From Candidatus Buchananbacteria bacterium RIFCSPLOWO2_01_FULL_39_33 (GTDB taxonomy: Bacteria; Patescibacteriota; Patescibacteriia; 2-01-FULL-39-33), in NCBI GenBank assembly GCA_001817505.1, contig MHIM01000034.1, positions 51,005-115,004 of the forward strand: a stretch of DNA of 64,000 nt. Reading direction: 5' to 3'. The notes under the pieces are model-generated. The model ran no database searches. It saw only the letters and a list, made by a program, of their open reading frames with translations, and was not told the origin of the DNA. Position numbers and translations under genes: made by a program. This document shows positions 8,076 to 17,447 of this stretch, piece by piece (positions within the stretch are counted from its first letter, which is position 1; every line of letters starts with the position of its first letter).

Positions 8076-9365
8076 ATGAAAAAAATACTATTAAGTTTAG
8101 TAGCTATTGTGGCCGTGGCCGGAGTGGTAGCGGGGGTGACTATAGCTTTCTACAACGATACCGAAACTTCAGCCGGCAATATCTTTGTCGCTGGTTCGGT
8201 GGATTTGAAAGTTGACCATACCAAGCAAACTTACAATGACCATGAATGTGTTGGTAATTGTGAAGAGATTGGCAGCAATCTTGTTGTTAATGGTGGTTTT
8301 GAAACTCCAGATGTATCAACAGGTGGCTGGGCAATTTATCCGGATGCTAGTCAAACCTCCTGGACAGTTGAGTCCGGCGCGGGTTTGGAGATTCAAGACC
8401 ATGCTGCCGGCGATCCCCACAGTGGCAATCAATTAGCAGAATTGGATAGCAATAACTCTTCCGTTATTTCCCAAACTTTATCAACTGTGGCTGGCCAGCA
8501 GTACCGTTTAACTTTCTGGTATTCACCTCGTCCGAATCGCCCCGCCGGTGATAACACTATTGGCGCGATGGTCAAAGTTGTGAGTGATAGCACCATTCTG
8601 GTCAATGATACTATTGGCGCAACTTCAGCCGGTGGTTCACAGACCAGTTGGCAGGAGTTCACCTATAACTTTATAGCCACCGATAATAGCACTAAGGTTA
8701 TTTTTTCCGATTTAGGAACCAATAATTCCTACGGTGGGTATTTGGATGATATTTCGGTTAAGGAACTTGAATGTAGCAGCCAGTTTGAAGGTGTAGGCGC
8801 TTGCACTCTTTGGGGTGAGAGAGATCTTGGCCAGGGAGATACTTTTTTCAATTTTGACGACATTAAACCAGGCGATCATGGCACCAATGTTATCTCACTC
8901 CACGTCTATAGCAATAATGCTTACGCTTGTTTGATTACCAGCGACCAAGTGGATGATGAGAATATTGTTTATGAATCAGAAACCGGCGATAATACACCCG
9001 ATGTCGGCGAACTTTCTCAATATATGAATGTCTTCACTTGGGAAGATACTGATGGTGATGGCCTTTATGAATCGGGAGAGAGCCAATTTGCCAGCGGATC
9101 TCTATCAAATCTCTCAAATCTGATGAGCTTGGATTCAGCCAGCCAGCAATTTTTGACCGCCACCACTACCAAATATATCGGTTTGGCTTGGTGCGCCGGT
9201 ACGCTAATTGTCGGCAGCGAAGGTGATTTCACTTGCGATGGTTCAGGTATGTTAAATGACGCGCAATCAGATTCTTTCTCCGCCTCTTTAACTGCTTATG
9301 CCGAGCAAATCAGAAACAATAGCGGTTTCTTATGTTCAGGTGTGGAACTTCCTTCTAATGAATGA
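8076..9365 (+). CDS. Second TasA/camelysin-family secreted protein (429 aa), paralog of the 7258 ORF.
   Basis: N-terminus MKKILLSLVAIVAVAGVVAGVTIAFYNDTETSAGNIFVAGSVDL. Shared FNFDDIKPGDHG motif. Confidence 0.7.
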   Translation: MKKILLSLVAIVAVAGVVAGVTIAFYNDTETSAGNIFVAGSVDLKVDHTKQTYNDHECVGNCEEIGSNLVVNGGFETPDVSTGGWAIYPDASQTSWTVESGAGLEIQDHAAGDPHSGNQLAELDSNNSSVISQTLSTVAGQQYRLTFWYSPRPNRPAGDNTIGAMVKVVSDSTILVNDTIGATSAGGSQTSWQEFTYNFIATDNSTKVIFSDLGTNNSYGGYLDDISVKELECSSQFEGVGACTLWGERDLGQGDTFFNFDDIKPGDHGTNVISLHVYSNNAYACLITSDQVDDENIVYESETGDNTPDVGELSQYMNVFTWEDTDGDGLYESGESQFASGSLSNLSNLMSLDSASQQFLTATTTKYIGLAWCAGTLIVGSEGDFTCDGSGMLNDAQSDSFSASLTAYAEQIRNNSGFLCSGVELPSNE

Positions 9366-9490
9366 TGATCAAGATGAATAAATGAAAAGTATTTATTCAA
9401 TTTTGGAATCTTTTACTCAAGCCCTCAAAAGAGGGCTTGGGACTAAAGGTTTTTGTTTGAAGGGTTAGTTTATAAAATCGCCATATCATT

Positions 9491-10006
9491 ATGCCAAAAG
9501 TATTTAAGATATTTTATTATTTCGTCCTGATTTTAATTTCGGTCATCGCTTTGGCGCTGATAATTTCAATTTTGCCGATTCCCGGCAATATCAAAATTTT
9601 ATCCGTTCTCTCGGGTTCTATGGAACCGACCATTAAAACCGGCAGCGTGGTTTTGGTTAAGCCGGCGGTTAATTATCGTATCGGAGATATTGTCACTTTC
9701 AGGCCTGATAGAAAAATCCAAACGCCGACAACTCACCGGATTTATGACATTCGTCTTCAGACCGGCCAGCCGATTTATCTCACTAAAGGTGATGCCAATA
9801 ACACGCCGGATACCAAAGAAATTGCTCAACAGGATATTTTGGGCCAAGTTCTATTTTCTATCCCTTGGGCTGGCTATCTTATTGATTTTGCCAAAAAGCC
9901 GATTGGCTTTATGTTGGTTATTGTTATACCGGCAGCGGTTATTATTTATGATGAGATTAGAAAAATTTATGCAGAAGTCAAAAAAAAGCAAGAAAAAACA
10001 AATTAA
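9491..10006 (+). CDS. sipW: Signal peptidase I of the SipW / archaeal-ER type.
   Basis: N-terminal TM segment, then VLSGSMEPT (catalytic Ser motif of SipW-type SPases), and a C-terminal TM segment. Genomic context next to proteins with SipW-cognate signals. Confidence 0.8.
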   Translation: MPKVFKIFYYFVLILISVIALALIISILPIPGNIKILSVLSGSMEPTIKTGSVVLVKPAVNYRIGDIVTFRPDRKIQTPTTHRIYDIRLQTGQPIYLTKGDANNTPDTKEIAQQDILGQVLFSIPWAGYLIDFAKKPIGFMLVIVIPAAVIIYDEIRKIYAEVKKKQEKTN

Positions 10007-11471
10007 TCATGGTCTTATAAAAAATTCACTGTTTAAAATAGTGGCGCTTTTATTAGCCATTGGCCTTAATTGGTCGGGCCTTTTAGCGGTGACGGAAACT
10101 TTGGCTTATTACAATGACCAAGAGCAATCGCCCATAAATTTTATTGCCAGCATAGTTGATTTTTCTCTAAATAGCCAAGCGGATTTTATACCGGCAGTGA
10201 CGCCTGACCAAGCAGCCGACAAAAGCATTTATCTTAGCAATGATAGCGGCTTTGATTTGCAACATGACTTGGCTCTTAGTAATTTTACCGGTGATTCTAA
10301 TTTGTGTGATAATTTAATGCTTAATGCTAATTTAGGCGGCACCAATATTTATTCTGGCCGTCTTTTGGATTTCACATTTACCACCACCACTTTGGCTGGC
10401 TCAAGTTCCGCCCTATTAGAGCTGGAAGCTTTCTTGGCGGAAGGTGACGAAGCTTTAAAGAATAAAACTTGCAATTTTAATTTGCATGTTTTGGGTTGGC
10501 AGATTGATTCTGCTGCTACTGGCCAGGGTTTTACGGATGATGAAATAATCGCCAATAGCGTTTCTTCTGGTGATTGGATTATTGAGATTCCGCCAACTCC
10601 GGTAGCTACCGGCGATGTCATCATCAATGAAATCATGTGGATGGGCAGCCGGACTGATGATGATCACAATAAAATCGGCGACGAGTGGATTGAATTGAAA
10701 AATATGACCGATCAGGCAATAGATATTGGCCAGTGGCTGATTGCCAATGCCAGAAACAACGGCAATGATTTAATGATTCCGGCCAGCAATTCAATTCCGG
10801 CCAACGGCTATTTCTTGATTGCCAATAATCCCAGAGACAGCGCCAACACCCTGATTGATGTGGAGGTTGATGAAGTGAATAATAGCCTAGAACTCATCAA
10901 TGATTACAATAGCAATGGCCCGATAATTTTAAAAGATGCCGGTGATAATATTATTGACCAGACGCCGCCAGCCGATGATAGTAATTGGCCGGCTGGTGCC
11001 AATGCCACTGATAAGAAATGGTCAATGGAAAGGAATTTAGATCCGACAACCGGCTGGCATACTTGCGATCCGACTGCCCTGACTTTTGAAGAGCTAACTT
11101 TAATGTCTAATTACTGGAAAATCAATGCTCAAAATTACAATTGTGGCACACCGGGCGCCGGTAATTTGTCAGTTAATAATTTAAATTTACCGGCGGTCTT
11201 GACAGATAACAATCCGGGATTAGGCTTATTAGAACTGCCAACTGAAAATCTTGGCGAAAATTGGCCAGGCAATGAAAATACAGAAAATCTTAATGAAAAC
11301 CGGCCCATTAATGATAATACAGGTGTTGAAGAACCGGCTGCTATAGAAGAATCAAGTGAGGCAGTGCCCGAGCCGGAACCCGAGCTCATATCGGAGCCGG
11401 AGCCGGCTTTAGAGCCGACGCCGGTGCCCGATTTGACTGCGCCAGCGCCAACGGTAATTCCGACTGATTAA
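9969..11471 (+). CDS. Secreted lamin-tail-domain (LTD) protein with a SipW-cognate-like signal peptide and a Pro/Glu-rich C-terminus. The track ORF begins at 9690, but the likely start is ATG 9969, which overlaps the end of sipW.
   Basis: MQKSKKSKKK...LLAVTETLAYYNDQEQSPINFIASIVDF matches the signal class. VIINEIMW...DEWIELKNMTDQAIDIGQWLI...GYFLIA matches the LTD hallmark (INEI...EWIEL.N....DL.GW.L). Confidence 0.6.
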   Translation: MQKSKKSKKKQINHGLIKNSLFKIVALLLAIGLNWSGLLAVTETLAYYNDQEQSPINFIASIVDFSLNSQADFIPAVTPDQAADKSIYLSNDSGFDLQHDLALSNFTGDSNLCDNLMLNANLGGTNIYSGRLLDFTFTTTTLAGSSSALLELEAFLAEGDEALKNKTCNFNLHVLGWQIDSAATGQGFTDDEIIANSVSSGDWIIEIPPTPVATGDVIINEIMWMGSRTDDDHNKIGDEWIELKNMTDQAIDIGQWLIANARNNGNDLMIPASNSIPANGYFLIANNPRDSANTLIDVEVDEVNNSLELINDYNSNGPIILKDAGDNIIDQTPPADDSNWPAGANATDKKWSMERNLDPTTGWHTCDPTALTFEELTLMSNYWKINAQNYNCGTPGAGNLSVNNLNLPAVLTDNNPGLGLLELPTENLGENWPGNENTENLNENRPINDNTGVEEPAAIEESSEAVPEPEPELISEPEPALEPTPVPDLTAPAPTVIPTD

Positions 11472-11479
11472 ATATCAAT

Positions 11480-12868
11480 ATGATTAAAATCAAGAAAATA
11501 AAATTTTTTGGCTTCTTGGCTGCTTTGGTATTGGTTGGTAGTTCGGTCTCGGCTATGTCTGCACCAGTAGCAGCGGCAATCGGCAATTTATCTGTTGAAT
11601 TTGAGAATTCTCCGCTTTTTAGTGAGAATAATTTTTTACCCGGTTCGTCGGTGACGCGCTTTGTAAAAGTAACCAATAACACTGATTTAGCGCAAGATGT
11701 TTTTACCGAAACCAACAACGAATTAAATTCTGATAATTTTGGTGATGTTCTTGATTTGGTTATCAAGCAGGGCGGTGCTGTTGTTTGGAATGGTAGTTTA
11801 ACCGATTTTTTTGCGACTGATAAAACGCCGTTGTCGTCCATTAATGCCCAGCAAACTATTCAATATGATTATACTGTTTCCTTAGTTAATGGCGCCAGTA
11901 ATGATTTTCAAGGCAAGACCTTAGGGTTTGATTTGGTGATTGGTTTTTTGGGCACCGGTGATGTGGTGGATGATAGTAGTGGCACAGTAACGATTTCTGG
12001 CAGTAGCGGCGGCGGCTGGCCGGTTGGTTTGATTATTTATAATGAAGCCGAAATTAATGTTGGGGCAACTACGGCTACTATTACTTGGCTGACCAATTAT
12101 TCGGCTACCAGCCGCGTTATTTACAGCGCGGAAAACGAACCACACGACTTTGATTATACTAATCCGCCCAATTATGGCTATGCCCATTCTACAACTGATG
12201 ATTTATCCAAAGTAGTTTCCCATCAAGTGGAATTAACCGGCTTAACTCCCGGCACTTTATACTATTACCGAGCGGTTTCCCAGGCTTCACCGGATACTGT
12301 CGGTTTAAACCAAAGTTTTACCACTGCCGGAAATAAACCTGAACCTTTAACTGATCAAATACCACCAGGTAAGTTCCAGCCAGAATCAGAGGCATTATCG
12401 TCCTTACCGCCAGGTTCAAGTCAACCACCAGGCGCTACTGGCAATGAAAGCCCTAATGAAGTTGCGCAACCGGTTATCACCGAAACGAATCAGGAACAAA
12501 ATGGCCAAGTGGCTGGCCAAGAAGAAGTGTGCCGATCCCGGCCTTGGTGGCTTTTAGCTACTATGATTATTGGTTACTTGATTTTAATGGTTATAAATTA
12601 TTTAGACAGGTTTAACAAGGAATTAACCAATCTTAAAGAACGTTTGAGTTTTATTTTTGCTTTGCTTTTAGCCGCTTGGCCGGTTTTGGTTTATTTTTTC
12701 ACCATTGGTTTTGCTTGGTGGGTTTGGCTGATTGTTTTGGCGGCTTATGGTATTGTTTTAATTTATTATCGTTATGATTTATTATCTTCAAACTATTGGC
12801 GTTTGAGCTTAGCCCTGACTTTGTATTTATTTTTAATGTTGTTATTGCTTAAAATTTTTATTTGTTAA
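11480..12868 (+). CDS. Secreted protein with an FN3 / purple-acid-phosphatase-N-like domain and a C-terminal multi-TM anchor.
   Basis: Sec-type signal. ITWLTNYSATSRVIYS...LTGLTPGTLYYYRAVS is an FN3-like segment. Three or four C-terminal hydrophobic helices. Confidence 0.55.
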   Translation: MIKIKKIKFFGFLAALVLVGSSVSAMSAPVAAAIGNLSVEFENSPLFSENNFLPGSSVTRFVKVTNNTDLAQDVFTETNNELNSDNFGDVLDLVIKQGGAVVWNGSLTDFFATDKTPLSSINAQQTIQYDYTVSLVNGASNDFQGKTLGFDLVIGFLGTGDVVDDSSGTVTISGSSGGGWPVGLIIYNEAEINVGATTATITWLTNYSATSRVIYSAENEPHDFDYTNPPNYGYAHSTTDDLSKVVSHQVELTGLTPGTLYYYRAVSQASPDTVGLNQSFTTAGNKPEPLTDQIPPGKFQPESEALSSLPPGSSQPPGATGNESPNEVAQPVITETNQEQNGQVAGQEEVCRSRPWWLLATMIIGYLILMVINYLDRFNKELTNLKERLSFIFALLLAAWPVLVYFFTIGFAWWVWLIVLAAYGIVLIYYRYDLLSSNYWRLSLALTLYLFLMLLLLKIFIC

Positions 12869-12896
12869 AATTAAGATAGTTACAAAATTTCCTGAT

Positions 12897-12928
12897 TTAA
12901 AATAACACCCGGCCGGGTGTTATTTTAA
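12897..12928. terminator. Bidirectional terminator, the palindrome TTAAAATAACACCCGGCCGGGTGTTATTTTAA.
   Basis: Perfect palindrome between convergent genes. Confidence 0.65.
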
Positions 12929-12945
12929 AAGTGAAAACTTTGTAA

Positions 12946-15486
12946 TTATTTCACTGTCGCCATTCCTTCTACTCCATTGCCGCCAAACTTTTTATAAAAC
13001 ATCAATTTCAATATTTCCGTGCCGATAAAGTAAGCTATAACCACACTGAAAATTATTAGCAAGTGATTAATAGTCGGCCGGCTAAAAGAAAATATTTGCT
13101 GTCCCCAAAGAGTTAAAGGAATAAAAACTGTGGCTAAAGCCGCGACCAGGGATAAGGCAGAAAGCAGAACTGACGGTTTTTGAGCCGCCAGGAAGAAGAA
13201 TTTGGTGCGAATGGAAAAAATCAGAACTAATTCAGTTAGAATACTGCCGATAAACCAATTAGTTTGCAAGACCGCCGGTGAAACGCGGTAAAACAAACTA
13301 AAAAATATAAAATCAAAAACCGTGCTAAGCAGTCCCAAAACAATGGAAAAGATTATAATGTCTTTAATCTCGTACTTTTTTGGCGATTTCAGTTCACTGG
13401 TGTCAACTGAATCGGAAGCGATGGCAATCATCGGAAAATCCGAGAGCAAATTAATTAAAAGTATTTGCAAAGGCAATATTGGCAAGAAGTCAACCAATAA
13501 AGAAGCGGCGGCGACAGCAAAAAAATTGCCGAAATTAGAAACCAAAGTCGTTTTGATGTATTTAGTGGTATTAGCAAAAATTTTTCGGCCTTCTTCAATA
13601 CCGTTTAAAATCACGCTTAGATCTTTTTTCAAAAGCAAAATATCAGCTGTTTCTTTGGCAATGTCTGAAGCGCTCTCCACCACCAAAGAAACACCAGCCG
13701 CTTTTAGAACTGGCGCGTCATTGATGCCTTCACCCAAAAAGCCCACCTCATACCTGGTTTGCAGAGCTTCAACCAAGGAATATTTTTGTTCTGGTGAAAC
13801 CCGGGCGAAAACAGAATATTTTTCCAAGGCCTCTATTTTTTTCTTGGCATTAAATTTTTCCCAATTCTCGGCCAATAAGACATTGGCCGGTGCTTCTATT
13901 AAGCCGATTTTATAAGCCACTGCCCCGGCCACTTCCGGACTGTCGCCGGTGATGATTTTTATTTTTACTCCCAGAGATCGGGCTTTTTTAGCCACTTGAT
14001 AAGTGCTGGGCTTGATGCTGTCGGCAAAAGAAACAATGCCTAAAAAATCAAAATCTTTTTCATTGCTTAAATTATTTTTTGACTCAGGATTAGTTTTGAT
14101 AGCGATAGCTATTGTCCGGCGGCCAAGATGGCCCTCGGTTCTAAACCACTTGTAAATCCTGTCTGTTTCAACCGGGGTTAAACTAGGGCAAAGCGGGATA
14201 ATAGCTTCAACAGCGCCGCGGGTAATTAATAAGGTTTCATTTTTTTTAGTTACTAAAGCGATATTTCTTTTGATTCTTGGATCAAAAACATCCTCATTAA
14301 GCAATTGATAGCGGCCAACTTCTCTTTGCTCGCTTTTATTTAATTTCTTCCATAAGGCGATGTCAAAGGGTTCAAGTTTTTTGGGCTGTTTGAAATTTGA
14401 AGCCAAGTTGGCTTGAAATAAAATTTCTTTATCAGTAGTTTTTTGGGCATAGATATTAGCCACTGATAACTTGTTCTGCGTCAAAGTGCCGGTTTTATCA
14501 GCGCAAAGAATTTCAATACTGCCTAAATCTTCCACTGCCGACAACCTTTTAACGATTATTTTTTTCTTGGCTAAATTTCTGGCGCCGCGCGACAGAGAGA
14601 AAGTTGTTACTACCGGCAAGGCCTCAGGAATAACGCCGACAGTCAGGGCAATGGTAAAAATTAGAAGTTCAGCCGCGTCGGCTCTCTCGCCCTTAATTAA
14701 GATATTGGCTAAAAAAACAATTATCAAGGTGACAATCACCAGTTTCAAAATAAAATTAGAAAATTTTAAAATACCTTTTTCAAAATTACTGGTGTGTTTA
14801 ACTTCGGTAGCTAAGCTGGCGATTTTACCCACCGCTGTTTGTCGGCCCGTGCCGATTACTACGGCTTTAGCTTCGCCGATTAAAATGGCCGTGCCGGCCA
14901 AGCCCAAGTTAACGGCTTGATAATAATCCTTAGCTGGTTTTTTAAGGCTGCCGGCTTGCTTGTCAACCGGGGTTGATTCGCCGGTTAAAATACTTTCATC
15001 AACTGATAAATGTTCTAAATCAAGGAAATAGACGTCGGCTGGAATTTTATCGCCGGTTTCTAAAAAAATAATATCTCCCAAAACCAGTTCTTCATCTTTA
15101 ATAACAACTTTTATTCCATCGCGTAAAACTTTAACCCGGGAAACTACATATTGCTTTAAAAGCTGAACGGTTTTTTCTGTTCGGTATTCTTGAAAAAATC
15201 CCAAGCCGGCATTAATTGATAAAAATAAGATCATCATCAAGGCCTCCAGATATTCTCCTAAGCCGATGGTGATCAGCGAGGCCGCTATTAGCAGGTAAAT
15301 AAAAGATGACTTAAATTGCCTGCTTAAAATTTTCCACCATTTTAATTGGATTTCAGACAGGATGTTCGGGCCATGTTTTTTTAGCAGCTCTTTGGCTGAT
15401 TTTGAACTCAAGCCCTTAAAAGCGTCTGATTGCAATTCCTTAATAATTGCCTCCGAGCTTTGAGCGCTATAATTAAGAACCTCCAT
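12946..15486 (-). CDS. P-type cation-transporting ATPase, Ca2+/Mg2+ type II-like.
   Basis: Motifs CADKTGTLT, TGES-like and GEGINDAPVLKAAGV, with about 10 TM segments. Confidence 0.9.
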   Translation of the reverse strand: MEVLNYSAQSSEAIIKELQSDAFKGLSSKSAKELLKKHGPNILSEIQLKWWKILSRQFKSSFIYLLIAASLITIGLGEYLEALMMILFLSINAGLGFFQEYRTEKTVQLLKQYVVSRVKVLRDGIKVVIKDEELVLGDIIFLETGDKIPADVYFLDLEHLSVDESILTGESTPVDKQAGSLKKPAKDYYQAVNLGLAGTAILIGEAKAVVIGTGRQTAVGKIASLATEVKHTSNFEKGILKFSNFILKLVIVTLIIVFLANILIKGERADAAELLIFTIALTVGVIPEALPVVTTFSLSRGARNLAKKKIIVKRLSAVEDLGSIEILCADKTGTLTQNKLSVANIYAQKTTDKEILFQANLASNFKQPKKLEPFDIALWKKLNKSEQREVGRYQLLNEDVFDPRIKRNIALVTKKNETLLITRGAVEAIIPLCPSLTPVETDRIYKWFRTEGHLGRRTIAIAIKTNPESKNNLSNEKDFDFLGIVSFADSIKPSTYQVAKKARSLGVKIKIITGDSPEVAGAVAYKIGLIEAPANVLLAENWEKFNAKKKIEALEKYSVFARVSPEQKYSLVEALQTRYEVGFLGEGINDAPVLKAAGVSLVVESASDIAKETADILLLKKDLSVILNGIEEGRKIFANTTKYIKTTLVSNFGNFFAVAAASLLVDFLPILPLQILLINLLSDFPMIAIASDSVDTSELKSPKKYEIKDIIIFSIVLGLLSTVFDFIFFSLFYRVSPAVLQTNWFIGSILTELVLIFSIRTKFFFLAAQKPSVLLSALSLVAALATVFIPLTLWGQQIFSFSRPTINHLLIIFSVVIAYFIGTEILKLMFYKKFGGNGVEGMATVK

Positions 15487-15643
15487 ATATTTTCCTAATA
15501 TCTAATACCGTAATTATAACATCTTCATTTGACATAATAAATGTTCTGTGAAAAAATCATCATAGCTATAATAGCGATGTTGGTTCATTGACAAGTTTAA
15601 CAACTGCCATTATTGAACAATGGCTTAGAAGGAGGATCTGATA

Positions 15644-17218
15644 ATGATGACTTATTATGACGCCGTGATTATCGGCGGCGGCCATAATGGCTTGGTTTGC
15701 GCCGCTTATCTGGCCCGGCAACGCTTGAAGGTGCTGGTCTTGGAACAAAGACCGGTTTTGGGCGGGGCTTGTGTGACTGAAGAAATGGCTGGTTGTAAAG
15801 TCAGTCGAACTTCTTATGTTTACAGTTTATTTTCCCCCAAGGTAGTCAAGGAATTGAAGCTTAAAGACCAGGGCTTGGAATTACTGGAGAGGAATCCGCC
15901 TTCTTTTACACCCCTGTTGGCTGGTCGCAGCTTGTTGCTTTACCAGGAAATGGCGCGTAGCCAAGAAGAAATTGCCAAGTTTTCTAAAAAAGATGCCCAA
16001 GCTTATCCCCAATATGAAGCCATATTGGATCGCATTGTTAGATTCATTGATCCGATTCTTCATCAAACGCCGCCCGATTTCAACCAAAAAGGGGATTGGC
16101 TGAAATTATTGAGATTGGGTTTTAAATTATTAAAGCTGAAGAAAGATCTTCCGGTTTTAGTGGATCTTTTCAGCTTAAGCGCCTATGATTTTGTGTCCAG
16201 ATATTTTGAAAGTGAACCTTTGATTTCCACTTTGTGCACCGATGGCATTATTGGCAGCATCGGCGGGCCGATGTCGCCAGGAACGGCTTATGTGCTTTTG
16301 CACCATGTGATGGGGGAAATTAATGGCCACCGCGGCCGTTGGGGCTATGTCCGAGGCGGCCTGGGCTCTTTGGCTGAAGCCATCTTAAGAACCATTCTTT
16401 TAAATGGCGGACATTATAAAACCAGTTGTGATGTTTCAGAAATTCTGGTTTATAATAATCGGGCTATTGGGGTAATGACTAAACAGCAGGGAGCTTTTTA
16501 TTCTAAGATCGTTGTTTCCGGCGCTGATTTGCACAATACTTTTTCTTTAATGCTAAAACCCGATCAGCTGCCGGCAGATTTTCGGCTGGCTCTAAGCGAT
16601 ATTGATTACCGAAGCGCCACTTCTAAAGTCAATTTGGTAGTTAAAGGCGAACTTAAATTTAATTGTTACACTGGTCCGGTGCCTGGAACTTTCCATCTTT
16701 GTGAAACTTCGCAGGAAATTGAAAAAGCGGCTGATGACGCCAAATATGGACGAATTTCCGACCGGCTTATTTTGGAAGGGTGCGTGCCATCAGTCGTTGA
16801 TGATACCTTAGCTCCTTTAGGCACCCATGTCATCAGCTTATTGGTCCAGTATACGCCATATAAATTAGCTGAAGGTTCCTGGCAGGAAAAGAAATCAGAA
16901 TTATTAGACAAGGTAATTGCTCGGTTGGCTGAATATACCAATATTGTTGATTTAGATATCTTGGCCTCTGATGTGATTACTCCAGTTGATTTGGAAAATG
17001 ATTTTAAACTAACTGGCGGCAATCTTTTCCATGGCATGATGAATCTTAATCATTTGTTCAGTTTCCGTCCTGTGCCTGGCTTTGCCAATTACCGGACGCC
17101 GATTGAAAATTTGTACCTTTGCGGCTCTGGTACGCATCCTGGTGGCGGCTTAACCGGCCTTCCTGGACACAATGCGGCTAGAGAGATCCTGCGGGATAAA
17201 AAATGGCTGTGTAAATAA
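15644..17218 (+). CDS. FAD/NAD(P)-binding oxidoreductase of the phytoene desaturase (CrtI-like) family.
   Basis: N-terminal Rossmann motif DAVIIGGGHNGLVCAAYLA and a C-terminal GSGTHPGGG motif. RBS AAGGAGG upstream. Confidence 0.75.
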   Translation: MMTYYDAVIIGGGHNGLVCAAYLARQRLKVLVLEQRPVLGGACVTEEMAGCKVSRTSYVYSLFSPKVVKELKLKDQGLELLERNPPSFTPLLAGRSLLLYQEMARSQEEIAKFSKKDAQAYPQYEAILDRIVRFIDPILHQTPPDFNQKGDWLKLLRLGFKLLKLKKDLPVLVDLFSLSAYDFVSRYFESEPLISTLCTDGIIGSIGGPMSPGTAYVLLHHVMGEINGHRGRWGYVRGGLGSLAEAILRTILLNGGHYKTSCDVSEILVYNNRAIGVMTKQQGAFYSKIVVSGADLHNTFSLMLKPDQLPADFRLALSDIDYRSATSKVNLVVKGELKFNCYTGPVPGTFHLCETSQEIEKAADDAKYGRISDRLILEGCVPSVVDDTLAPLGTHVISLLVQYTPYKLAEGSWQEKKSELLDKVIARLAEYTNIVDLDILASDVITPVDLENDFKLTGGNLFHGMMNLNHLFSFRPVPGFANYRTPIENLYLCGSGTHPGGGLTGLPGHNAAREILRDKKWLCK

Positions 17219-17233
17219 TTTAGTTGATTTTAT

Positions 17234-17266
17234 AGCTCGCTTAGCAATAAGCGAGCTTTTTATTTT
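17234..17266 (+). terminator. Intrinsic terminator AGCTCGCTTA-GCAA-TAAGCGAGCT followed by TTTTATTTT.
   Basis: Hairpin plus T-run. Confidence 0.7.
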
Positions 17267-17447
17267 GGCCAGTGTCAAGTTTAATTAGTTATTAAACTAT
17301 GTTATAATATACATAATAGTTAGAAAGTTAAAAGTTATAAAGTTTATAAAGTATTTTTAAAGATTACTTTTAACTTTATAAACTTTATAACTTTAATAAT
17401 ACAGTCAAATTAGTAATTTTGGAATTTTATAAACAAGATAAATAATA

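Noticed and set aside
9417-9460. Hairpin AAGCCCTC-AAAA-GAGGGCTT after the second TasA-like gene as an intrinsic terminator.
   Set aside because: The T-run is separated from the stem by about 11 nt, so it is at best a weak terminator or an attenuator. It is not listed as a feature.
9690-9968. The track ORF start at 9690 for the LTD protein (593 aa).
   Set aside because: The first 93 codons lie in an alternative frame inside sipW. A Lys-rich n-region plus hydrophobic core begins at ATG 9969 (MQKSKKSKKK...), so 9969 is the plausible start.
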